Below, one piece after another: positions 28,840-40,567 of a stretch of 64,000 nucleotides of DNA. The notes beneath the pieces were generated by a model. That model was not told the origin of the DNA, made no database searches, and saw only the letters and a program-made list of their open reading frames with translations. Origin of the DNA: Octopus vulgaris (Eukaryota); the NCBI GenBank assembly GCA_951406725.2, contig OX597836.1, positions 32,798,001-32,862,000 of the forward strand. The letters are read 5' to 3'. Both the position numbers and the translations under genes were made by a program. Numbering within the stretch: the first letter of the stretch is position 1; every line of letters starts with the position of its first letter.

Positions 28840-29186
28840 ACACATGTATATATACCTGTGTGTGTGTGTGTGTAGAGTGTATGCATATATACATACGTAT
28901 ATATGTGTGTATGTGTGTGTATATGCATATACATATACATACACTGGACACACATTCTCAGTTTTATATATTAAGATGTATATATATATATATGTATGTG
29001 TATATACATACACATATATGTGTATATATATATATGTGTGTGTGTATGTATGTGCATGTATATATATATATATGTATGTTTGTGCATGTATATATATATA
29101 TATGTATATGTATATGTATGAGTGTGTATATATATAGAGAGAGAGTGAGAGATAGATAGATAGATAGATAGATAGATATTGATAGA

Positions 29187-29236
<50 letters not shown>

Positions 29237-30103
29237 CTTAAATCTGGAGAAAATCTCATTATTTTTTAACTGATGCAAATTACCCTCGACTGAGATACAG
29301 CCCTTTCAGTCCTTTTAAGTTCATGTTGCCAATGTCAGGATAACAAATGGATTCCTTTCCTTAAATTGTTGATCCGAAACTGCACCAGACACAAATCTTG
29401 GCTTTCCAAAGTATGGGTTGAGTGTGAGGTTCCACTCATGCATCTGCTTCACATTGACATCATTTTTTTAATTTATTTTGCGCCATACCATTTTTTTGTT
29501 TTCCTTCTGAATTTTGGAATTTTTTTTTCTTTTTTGGTTCAGTAATCCATCTCTGGAATGGAATGGAATGGTTGTGGAATGCTATCTAATAGTGCTAGTG
29601 ATTTATTAAAATACTAATCCTTTTGATGGTAACCCCTCTGAAACTACCGCTACTTCTGTGATATGAACTTACAGTTTTTAAAGTGGTTTAAATTATCGTC
29701 TAATCTTTTATCAAGATTTCATGTTCATTTATATTATAAACACCATCTTAATAATCCCATCTACTTTCTACTTACTCTTCTTTCTTCTCCTGCATCTACT
29801 GCTCCTTCTTGCCTTCCTCTCCTCCTACTACTCATTGCCTTCCTCTCCTCTTACTACTCATACCCTTCCTCTCCTACTCTTCCTCCTCCTCCTACCACCC
29901 TTCCTCCTCCTCCAACTACTACTCATATCCACCACATCCCCTTCCTCTCCCCTTCCTTTTTCTTCCTCTCCTCCTCCTTCTTCAGAATAAGGCCTGAAAT
30001 TTGAGGGGAGGGAGTTAGTCAAATACATCATTGCTTTGAGTTAAACCATTCAAAAGATAGCATTATTTCAAGCTCACTCAATATTTCTAAATTGATAGGA
30101 CAT

Positions 30104-30146
<43 letters not shown>

Positions 30147-30387
30147 ATATATATATATATATGTCTTTTAAATTTGTTTATGGGAAACATCTTGAATATG
30201 CAACTAAAGCCCTTATTCTATTATGCTGACCACAGTCTAAAGATGTTGACTTGTGAACCAGTTTTTCGGGGTTGCATGAAGCTGTACTGATATAATGTAA
30301 GATCAAATACACACAGAAATACCCACATAACTCACTTAACCTTCATACTGATAAAAAGGGATAAACATCCTGCCGTGGTACATCCTC

Positions 30388-30536
30388 TAATGTTATATCA
30401 CCTGAAGAAATGAAGCCATGAAGATGATCAACCCAATGCCCATGGATAGTACAGACAGTACTACAATCATCCCAGGAATATAGACTGTGATCTTAAGAGT
30501 CATGTGACTTGTGGAAACACACATAATGATGCATTA
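30388..30536 (+). ncRNA. Degenerate type I hammerhead with long stem II
   Basis: taatgt..atcac CTGAAGA aatgaagccatg ... catgtgacttgtg GAAA cacaca TA atgat gcatta; lies in a unique block between (TA)n tracts. Confidence 0.4.
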
Positions 30537-30585
30537 AATGTTTATAAATTCCATCCAGGGATTATTGTTATTATATATATATATA

Positions 30586-30985
30586 GGTGCAGGAGTGGCT
30601 GTGTGGTAAGTAGCTTGTTTACCAGCCACATGGTTCCGGGTTCAGTCCCACTGCATGGCACCTTGGGTAAGTGTCTTCTACTATAGCCCCGGGCCGACCA
30701 AAGCCTTGTGAGTGGATTTGGTAGACGGAAACTGAAAGAAGCCCGTCGTATATATGTATATATATATGTATGCATGTGTGTGTTTGTGTGAGTGTGTTTA
30801 TCCCCCTCGCATTGCTTGACAACCGATGCTGGTGTGTTTATGTCCCTGTAACTTAGCGGTTCGGCAAAAGAGACCGATAGAATAAGTACTGGGCTTACAA
30901 AAGAATAAGTCCCGGGGTCGATTTACTCGATTAAAGGCGGTGCTCCAGCATGGCCGCAGTCAAATAACTGAAACAAATAAAAGAG
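30586..30985 (+). mobile_element. Family A SINE
   Basis: Near-identical to 19742-20125. Confidence 0.88.
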
Positions 30986-30989
30986 AGAA

Positions 30990-31033
<44 letters not shown>

Positions 31034-31036
<3 letters not shown>

Positions 31037-31472
31037 AAAAGTTAAAAGTAAGAGTCACAAGGAAGAGTAAGTATGGTTAGGCAGCTTTTTAATCACTACA
31101 AATGTTTCAAAGAAGAAGCCATGGATGTTGTAGCATGGAAATCTAGATTTACTTACAGAGACAGCAACTGTGTCAGCCTGAGGAGATACAAATAGATCTT
31201 CTTGTACAGGTAAATCGTTACGTAATTTAATTTGAATTTAAATTTAACTTTAAATCCTGTATATACGTGGATCTGTATGTATTGAAACATTTGTAGTGAT
31301 TAAAAAGCTGCCAAACTGTACTTACTTTTCCATTTGACTCTTTTACTTTTTACTTTTTATTTTCACACACAAAGAATACCTAAGACTAGAATTGGTAGCA
31401 TACCATAGGAATACTACCGGCTATTTGGGAATACTAAGAGTGAACGGGCTCTATTTGTACTTTTATACCTTC
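31034..31472 (+). mobile_element. Penelope-like terminal element with 5' inverted copy and hammerhead motif, in (TA)n
   Basis: About 75-bp inverted repeat (31037-31110 vs 31282-31357). CTGAGGA 31178-31184, stem II GATACAAATAGATC/GATCTGTATGTATT, GAAACATTTGTA 31284-31295; unpaired 3' tail. Confidence 0.55.
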
Positions 31473-31912
31473 TATATATATATATATATATATATATCAT
31501 CATCATCATCATCATCATCGCTTAACGTCCACTTTCCATGCTAGCATGGATAAGACGATTTGACTGAGGTCTGGCAAACCAGATGGCTGTACCAGGCTCC
31601 ACTCTGATCTAACAGAGTTTCTTCAGCTGGATGCCATTCCTAACACCAAGAGTGTAGTGGGTGCTTTTACATGCCACCGGCACAAGGACTGGTCAGCTGA
31701 TACTGGCAATGGCTATGCTCAAATGGTGCTTTTTATGTGCCACCTGCACAGGAGCCAGTCTAGCGGCACTGGCAATGACCTCGTTCAAATGTTTTTTTCA
31801 CATGCCACCAGCACAGGTGCCAGTAAGGTGATGCAGGTAACGATCACACTCAACTAGTGCTTTTTATGTGCCACCAGCATGGAAGCCAGTTTGTTGCTGG
31901 CAACAATCACAT

Positions 31913-31953
<41 letters not shown>

Positions 31954-32037
31954 ATATGTAGAAAAATACAAACAGGGACAAGAACGCATAACTCTTAGAA
32001 GACGATACAATAAACACGGACAGGACATTCGAAGCCC

Positions 32038-32107
32038 TCAGTCTTCAGTCAAGAACCGGATCATCGTAGTAATTTCGGCTGATTAATCTTGAGATTACTA
32101 GATCCGG
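32038..32107 (-). ncRNA. Candidate rearranged (non-circularly permuted) hammerhead ribozyme
   Basis: Minus strand: CCGGATC TAGTAAT C TCAAGA ttaa TCAG cc GAA ATTACTA cgat GATCCGG t TCTTGA CTGAAGA CTGA. Stem III 7 bp, stem I 6 bp, stem II 4 bp; CTGAAGA, GAAA and an ATC triplet are intact. Confidence 0.6.
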
Positions 32108-32552
32108 CCAGCCCTCCAAGAAAAACTATATATACTTCTAATATAAGGATAAAATTTTATTAAAAAATTTTTTCAGTGGCCAGCAATATGAAAAATACCT
32201 TTTAAGGTGAAAATTATAAATACAATTATAAATAAGGGCAAAAAGAAAAAAATTTCTTTGCCACTACGCTGAAAGATAGACACTTCATCGTCTAACCACA
32301 TAAAATATTTACACTTATATTATTACACCACATGTTGAAATGAGGAAAGCAAATTATATATATATATATATATATGATTTATTTAATCTCTACAGATTTT
32401 CTATAGAAATTAGAGTCAGCACTGATTTGCTACAACATTTCATATGTGAATGCAGCTAAGTACATAAGGCACAGTATTGACATATAAGTCTTTAACATGC
32501 TTAGTAGAATATCATGGTTGCATAACCAATACAGTGTCCCTACCGGCAACTA

Positions 32553-32635
<83 letters not shown>

Positions 32636-33227
32636 CAACACACACACACACACACACTAGATATATTGTTAATGTCATAAGAATTTTATAAACTTTCAGA
32701 ACATGGAAATTCTTTTTTGGAACATTGTCAAGTACTTAGATAAGGTCTTCAATTTTTTTCTCTTCAAAAGGGATTTCCAGCCCAATATTTGGAAGTTTTA
32801 TATATGTGCTTTGAGATTTTCAAAAAAGGAATTACACACACACACACATGCTCACACACAGTCATCCTCCACACACACACACACATATGTATATTTTATA
32901 TCATATATGGTTGACGTTAGGAAGGGCATCCAGCAGTAAAATCCATGCTAAAGCAGACACAAGACTGGTGCAGGCCAGCACCTGTCAAACCATGCAACCC
33001 ATGCCAGCATGGAAAACAGATGTCTAATGATGATGATGATGATATATGTATGTGTATATGTTTATATGCTTATATATATATTTACACATAAACACAAACA
33101 AAGATATATGCATGTATAAATGTATATGCCCGTACACAAAAATGTATTGTATTCATATATACGTGTGCAAGTATTTATCTATACAGCTATATATGCATGT
33201 ATAAATGTCTACAGGCACACACACACA

Positions 33228-33282
<55 letters not shown>

Positions 33283-33349
33283 TCATTCTCATCCAAACAA
33301 ACAAATGATGGCTTATACACTTCTAACGGTGAATAATATTTAATTACAG

Positions 33350-33507
33350 ATCTGGTTACAATGTCTGGCGTGATCCTATGAAACCAACCCAAATTCTTGG
33401 AAAATTATGCAAAGAAGGCAAAGTCGATGGACCCCATTACAATCCAGGAAAGGTGCGTGTTGCAAACCGAATATTTACGGCCCCTATGGAAGTGGAGGAT
33501 GAAAATG
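33350..33507 (+). CDS. OTOF: Otoferlin (ferlin family) internal coding exon, region between the last two C2 domains
   Basis: ttacag| acceptor and |gtaagc donor; 158 bp (1+52 codons+1). Encodes [53 protein letters not shown], which closely resembles the vertebrate otoferlin segment [29 protein letters not shown]...[20 protein letters not shown] as I recall it. Confidence 0.93.
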
Positions 33508-34185
33508 GTAAGCAATTGTTTGGAGCTTTTCTTTTTTTTTTTTTTTTTTGGTGGGGTTTTATATTTACATTTTTCCTGTTTATTTATTTTATTACTTTCT
33601 CTGCTCATTAATTTGACTAATTAACACAAAAGAAATGATGACTCACCAACCTGGTACTTATACTACGACCACTACGAACATTCCTTGTTATTTGTAAAAT
33701 TTTTCTTGTTTTTCTTTCTTTATTTTTTTTTTCATTAAAATGTCCCCATGCTGTTATTTTGTGCAGAGGACGTCAGTGGAGCGGGGTAGGAGGATCTTAC
33801 TTAATGACAATAACTACATAATTGATAAGGTCATTAAAATTGTTTGTTTGTATGTTCAGTGGTCGTTGTTTATTTTACTTCTATTTTATGTCAAGATCTT
33901 TTTTTTATATTTTTTCCTCTTTGAGCTTTCACAGATATTATAGATCAGGGGGTCACCAACTGCCAGACTGTAAACCAATTCCAAGCTACTGGCAGTTTGG
34001 TACTAAGCTGCACAGAAAGAAAATTATTTCTAAGCTTTATTTCTATTTCGTTGGCTCTTACAGTCTGCAGGGGGTAGTAAGCTGCAATATATATATATAT
34101 AATAATAATATTAGGGAATATAACTCCAAACTTACAGGGAAAAATTCAATTTTAGTATTAAATCAAATTTCACAATATAAATATA

Positions 34186-34583
34186 TCTTTATATATAAAA
34201 GAGAAGTTGTGTGTCTGTCTCCTACGATTTAGATTCCTAACTACTCCCACATTTTGCGGTGCAGTTTAACCAAAACCGGGTATCTTATAGTCATGATCCA
34301 TATCGAGCCCTTCTGGGTATTAGCGCACATCTACGATGAGTCTACGATTTTAAAAAAAATTTACTCTCATTTTTTCCATTTTAATGCATTTTTTCGCTAT
34401 TATATGAGGGAAGTAACTCTCTAAAAATGTCTACGATGAATCAACGATTTAAAAAAAAATTTACCATCATTTCTTTTCCATTTTTAATGCATTTTTTTTG
34501 CTATTTTTTTGCTATAACTCTCTAAAAATGCTTATATAGTTATTTCCCTTACAAACCCGAGCAACGCCGGGCGATACTACTAG
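34186..34583 (+). mobile_element. Non-autonomous Helitron
   Basis: A|TCtttatatataaaag start, subterminal hairpin cccgagcaacgccggg, CTAG|T end, no TSD; internal duplication of about 100 bp. Confidence 0.85.
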
Positions 34584-35833
34584 TAAAATATATAAATGAG
34601 AAACAATGACCAATCAGTCACAGGTGTTGCCGGATAAAAATTCAATGAATTTTTACCCAGCCTACCACATATTATTTGTGAATTATATATGTTACATGAA
34701 GGTACATGGCTCAGTGGTTATAGCATCAGGTTCACAATCAGGAAGTTCTAAGTTCGATTCCTGGACTGGGTTGTGTGTTGTGTTCTTGAGCAAGACACTT
34801 TATATCACATTACTCCAGTTCACTCCACAGTAAAGCTGAGTTGTGATGTCAGTGAGGCCAAGCTATATCGGCCTTTGCTTTTCCTTTGGACAACATTAGT
34901 GGAATGGAGAGGGAAGGCTAGTTTGCATGGGTGGCTGCTGGTCTTCCATAAACAACCTTGCCAGAACTTGTGCCTTAGAGGGTAACCTTCCAGGTACAAT
35001 CCCATGGTCATTCATGACTGAAGGTGGTCTTTATGTATGTTAATAATTAAATTATATAGAAAAAGGCCTCTCAACCATGAGATTGCACCTTGAAAGCTCC
35101 CCTCCGAGGCACAAGTCCAGGCAATGTTGTTTATGGAAGACCAGTAATCACCCATGCATACCAGCTTCCTCTCTCCATGTCATCGATGTTATCCAAGGAA
35201 AAGGCAAACGCTTCACAAAAGAGTCCAATAGAACAAGTTCCAGACCAAAAAATAAATAAATAAATACTGGGATTGATTTATTCCATTAAACCCCTTTCAA
35301 GGTGGTGCCCCAGCATGGCCACAGTCCAATGACCAAAACATGTAAAAGGCAAAAGGTGCCCAATAATTCCCCTAATTTTTTTTTTGGTCAAATGCCAAAT
35401 TCCAGAAACCACTATTTTCTTTTATGCAAATTCTTTCTCGTTTTAGCATTTCTTAGGATATTTTTCTTTTTCTTTTCTTCCTTTCTTTAATTTTTTTCCT
35501 TATTTTAAATTCTAAGTTATCATAATCAAAGATTTATTTACATTGCACAAAAAAAATAATGGGAGACAATAACAATTTGGTAATTTTAAATTTGAAGATG
35601 ATATTTTTTTTATTTTTGTGATATTTAAAAATCTTTTTTTTTATATATTTATCTATTTCAATGTCAATCAAATGAGTAAAAACATTCGACTTTTGAAATT
35701 TTTACCAAATAAATCAATAAATAAAATCTCTCACTCTCTCTCCCTCTCTTTTTTCTGTCTCTTTCTCTCTCTTTTTCTTTTTCTGTCTCTTTCTCTCTCT
35801 CGTTCTCTCTATCTTTTTCTCTCTCATTCTCCC

Positions 35834-35906
<73 letters not shown>

Positions 35907-35982
35907 GCATATATATTTACACACATACATAGCTATACACACACATATATATGTGTTTGTGTGTGTGTGTTTGTATATGTAC

Positions 35983-36018
<36 letters not shown>

Positions 36019-36568
36019 ATATATGTACATGTACATATATATATATGTATATATATGTACACACATATATGTGTAAATACAGACACACATATATATTAGT
36101 GCCGAAAATTCATGATTGTCTTCACAAATTTAAAGAATATCTTTCCAAAATTGGTACAAAGGAAATAAATAAGAAAGGAAATAATGAAGTTAAAAAAGAA
36201 AAAAAGGCAAAAATTATTGTAAATTAAGTCTGATGATGCCAAAGATCCTGACAACAATGGTTTTGGGATTGGTTAAATTTAGCCATAATTTGTTTATGCC
36301 TCTGTGTGTGTGAGTGTGTGTGTGTGTGTGTGTATGAGAGAGAGAGAATGGGGAGTCAGTTGAGATGGGTTATATTTCTGTTTCAGCTGGTCTGCATTTC
36401 TTTCTCTTTTCCAGTTGTTGTTTTTGGTTTCTATTCCATTACTGTTGTTGTTGTTGTTTGCTGTAGTAGTTGTTGTAGTGATATTAGTGTGACTATTGTT
36501 GGCTGATGGTAGTAGCACAGTACACTACCTGTAGTAACAGAAGGAGTAGAAGTGTAAAAGTGGTAATA

Positions 36569-36601
<33 letters not shown>

Positions 36602-38274
36602 TATCCTTTCTACTAAAATTATAAGGCCTGAAATTTTGAGGGAGGAGAGTAGTTGACTACATCGACCCTAGTGTTTCACTGGTACTTAATTTATCGACCC
36701 CATAAAGATGAAAGGCAAAGTCAACCTCGGCGGAATTTGAACTCAGAATGTAAAGACAGACAAAATGCCGCAAAGCATTTTGCCTGGAGTGCTAATGATT
36801 CTGCAATCCCATGGCCATTTGAAACTGAAGATCATCTCTACTCTTTATACATTATATCTGAACAGCCTCTCTCTCTGCAGCCATTTACTGCTCAGGTAGT
36901 TGAGCCATTAAAAGTTAATTCATGGCTCAGCACTGACCGATCATTTACCACGATCACTCAATGCTGAGCCATGGATTAGAGTCAAGCAGCCAGCCATTCA
37001 GGCAGTTCATTGGTCTCCTATTAACTCAGCCAGCAACATATCTCACATCTCTTCCTTTTCTCCTCTTCTCTCTTTCCCTGTCTCTCTCTCTCTCTCATTC
37101 AAATTTCAGAATGACAAGAATAAACAGATTTTGTTATTAAGAATGTATTAGAAATACATCAGCAACATTCATTGAAAATTATTGAAAACGCTATAAAAAG
37201 TCATCTCGCGAGATATTGTATTTCAATTATATTTTATTCTCGCATGTTTGTAAAAGCACCATTAAACATTACCTGACGATATGAATGATTCACTTACTGA
37301 CAGTTCGCTTGTCCTGACTTTAAACTATAATGACTTATACACAGAAAATGATTTGTTTCACGAAAACTAGCCAGGAACTAGCCATGCCATGTATGCTGAT
37401 GAGTAGAACAAAGCAGCAGCTGTTTTAATCACTGCATATGTTAATGCCACTTATTTCTCGGAGAATATTGATAGCCTTCACTTCTGAAACAGTCTGACTC
37501 ATCATTACCATTGTCGTCATCTTCGTCGTTGTCGTCGTCTTCATCATTCACCTTCTCTTCTCTCCTCTCCTCTTCGTCATCTCCCTTCCACTCCTCGGCT
37601 TCTGCTCTGCATGCAATCGTTAAATGTGTCTTATTTGGCCAACATTCATAAATATTTCTTCTAATTGTAAAACACTTGAGTTTTAATGAAATATCTGTGA
37701 ATGTGATTGCGGACAGTCGTTCTCTTGTCGGTTGTGTTTATGGTTGAAAGCCAGCTCTGATCAATCTTCTCTGCTGAACTCTTCCCTGTCTGACAGTATT
37801 CATTAAAAGCTTGCTCTGGGGAAAATTATTCTTGCTTCTCTTTACAACTTGTAGCCAGATAATGAAACAGAAATTGCTGAAGAGCCAAGGAAACTAAGCT
37901 TAGCCACAATTCAAATTTCTCTAAGGAATACATCAACAAGTGAAGGGGTTTTATTTTTGTTTTTATTTCTTTATTTTGATTTTGGTCTTTTATTTTTGTC
38001 ATTTGATATAAACAGCTTTAGAATTATCTGCTATTATCTGCTTGCTTCCAGTAAATGAGAGTTAAAGCTATACAGTGTTCGGGCTAAATTTGACAGTTTG
38101 CTCGAAAGGAAAAGTAAACACAATTTCCTATCCAAATATAAAAGTATTTCAAAAAATCAGAAAATGGACAATCAAATTAAGGCTGGCTGATAATAGTTTA
38201 ATCAAAGTAGCCACCGTCAGCTCCCATTACAGCCTCAAGATGGCTCTGGATCCTGGCGCATGCATTCCTCACTA

Positions 38275-38888
38275 CGTCCCTGGAAAGATCTTCAAACAGG
38301 TGTAGGGGGTGGCTGTGTGGTAAGTAGCTTGCTTACCAACCACATGGTTCCGGTTTCAGTCGTCCCTGGAAAGATCTTCAAACAGGTGTAGGGGTGGCTG
38401 TGTGGTAAGTAGCTTGCTTACCAACCACATGGTTCTGGTTTCAGTCGTCCCTGGTAAGATCTTCAAACAGGTGTAGGAGTGGCTGTGTGGTAAGTAGCTT
38501 GCTTACCAACCACATGGTTCAGGTTTCAGTCCTACTGCGTGGCACCTTGGGCAAGTGTCTTCTGCTATAGCCTCAGGCCGACCAAAGCCTTGTGAGTGGA
38601 TTTGGTAGATGGAAACTGAAAGAAGTCCATCGTATATATGTATATATATGTATGTATGTGTGTGTGTGTGTGTGTGTATATATGTTTGTGTGTCTGTGTT
38701 TGTCCCCCCCAACATCGCTTGACAACCAATGCTGGTGTGTTTATGTCCCTGTAACTTAGCAGTTCGGCAAAAGTGACTGATAGAATAAGTACTAGGCTTA
38801 CAAAGAATAAGTCCTAGAGTCGATTTGCTCAACTAAAGACGGTGCTCCAGCATGGCCACAATCAAATGACTGTAACAAGTAAAAGAGT
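38275..38888 (+). mobile_element. Family A SINE with triplicated 5' flank plus head (85-86 bp unit)
   Basis: cgtccctgg(a/t)aagatcttcaaacaggtgtagg starts at 38275, 38361 and 38446. Confidence 0.88.
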
Positions 38889-39012
38889 AAACACCTCCTT
38901 GATCTTGCCCACCTGCTCAGCTTTGGTGTTGCAGGAAGAGAAGTTGGTGGTTCTCCCAATTGTACCCCACACACATAGTGATCCATGGGATTATGCATGA
39001 GGGAATTAGGAG

Positions 39013-39171
39013 CACTAGTGTAGCTGCAGTTTGGGGGACAGGGGCGGTAGGATGGTCCTCCTCGGGTGGCACTTTTGGATCTACTGTAGGCAATATGCAT
39101 TTTTGGTTGGGTCCTAGGGGTAGCAAACGGAAGGGTCGCCCCAGGCATCACGCACTCTAGCTACGCTAGTG
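39013..39171. mobile_element. hAT-type MITE with 8-bp TSD
   Basis: TIR cactagtgtagct/agctacgctagtg; TSD attaggag at 39005-39012 and 39172-39179. Confidence 0.85.
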
Positions 39172-39408
39172 ATTAGGAGGCCAGAAATTGAGGCTGCTGA
39201 AGTCATAGAAATACTCTGACAACCACTTCTGATACTTTCTGGAGGTATAACTAGGTGCTGAGTCTTGTGAATCCTATTTTCTTTCTCTCATATTTTTTTT
39301 ACACTCCACAAACAAGAAGGAATTTCTGAAGTATATCCAGTGGCATATAATGCGAGTGGACGTTAAACAGCTTACAACAAGGTGTATACCTAAATTTAAA
39401 ATTATTAC

Positions 39409-39465
<57 letters not shown>

Positions 39466-39672
39466 TATGTAGTCACAAGGAGAGTATTTAAACCTCTCAT
39501 AGGGATATTTTATCCAAGATACACTGGTTCAATATATTATATTTTGAAGAGATATTTCTTCAATGAATATATTGCCTTAAATATTGTAAAATATCAAATA
39601 TTATCGAGTTATATATATGTGTGTGTATATATATCATCATCATCATCATCATCATCATTTAACGTCCGCTTT

Positions 39673-39717
<45 letters not shown>

Positions 39718-39961
39718 CACTATATGAATGTGATCGATGCCAGGCTTGCCTAACTGGCTCCTGTGCCAATGGCACCTAAGTGTGTGCACCCACTAGACTC
39801 TCGGAGTGGTTGGCATTAGGACAGGCATCCAGCTGTAGAAACATTGCCAGATCAGACTGGAGCCTGGTGCAGCGTACAGGCTCTCCAGACCTCAGTCAAA
39901 CCGTCCAACCCATGCCAGCATGGAAAATGGACGTTAAAAGATGATGATGATGATATATATA

Positions 39962-40172
39962 CTTCATTATAAAAGCTGCAAAATACTCACAGGACTGTTT
40001 ACTCAGAATTTCACGCCCCCATTCATCTGACAGCTATCATAACTGTCTGACAAACGTGAAACTCTGAGTAACAGGTCTGTGAATATTTTGCAGCTTTTAC
40101 AATAAATTATATTACTCTACCTTTGGTATTCGAGTACTATTTTTTCCACATTGTTTTGCACTTATGTGCCTA
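39962..40172 (+). mobile_element. Penelope-like foldback element with decayed hammerheads
   Basis: Hairpin 39968-40101; ctgacaaacgtGAAACTCTGAGTA on + and cagatgaa..gtGAAAttctgagTA on -; AATAAA and unpaired tail follow. Confidence 0.55.
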
Positions 40173-40229
40173 CCTGTGTGTGTATATTTATAGATATATA
40201 TACATACATACATACATATAGGAAGGAAA

Positions 40230-40305
40230 GTTTCTTATCGAAGATACGTCTCGCCTTCACCTTCGAAATGTAGAGTAGATGAAACCATGGCGACTGAAGA
40301 AGGGG
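40230..40305 (+). ncRNA. Candidate rearranged (non-circularly permuted) hammerhead ribozyme
   Basis: GTTTCttATC gaaga TACGT C TCGCC ttca CCT tc GAA ATGTA gagta GATGAAAC cat GGCGA CTGAAGA AGG. Same strand order as 32038-32107 with different stem sequences; GTC triplet. Confidence 0.6.
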
Positions 40306-40523
40306 TTTTTTTTTTTGGTTTTTTTCTTTGTGTTAATTGTCCTGTACTCTATTTTTTTGTTGTTTAAAAAAATGTTCAGTTCCTTGGGTTTATGTCTATG
40401 TTTTCATTTCTCATTGTGTTCGACGGCTTTTTGGTGTCCTGTACTCATATATGCGTGTATATATACATGTAGAGGTAGGTACGTACATATATGTTTATAT
40501 ATATGCATATGTTTTATTTATTA

Positions 40524-40567
<44 letters not shown>

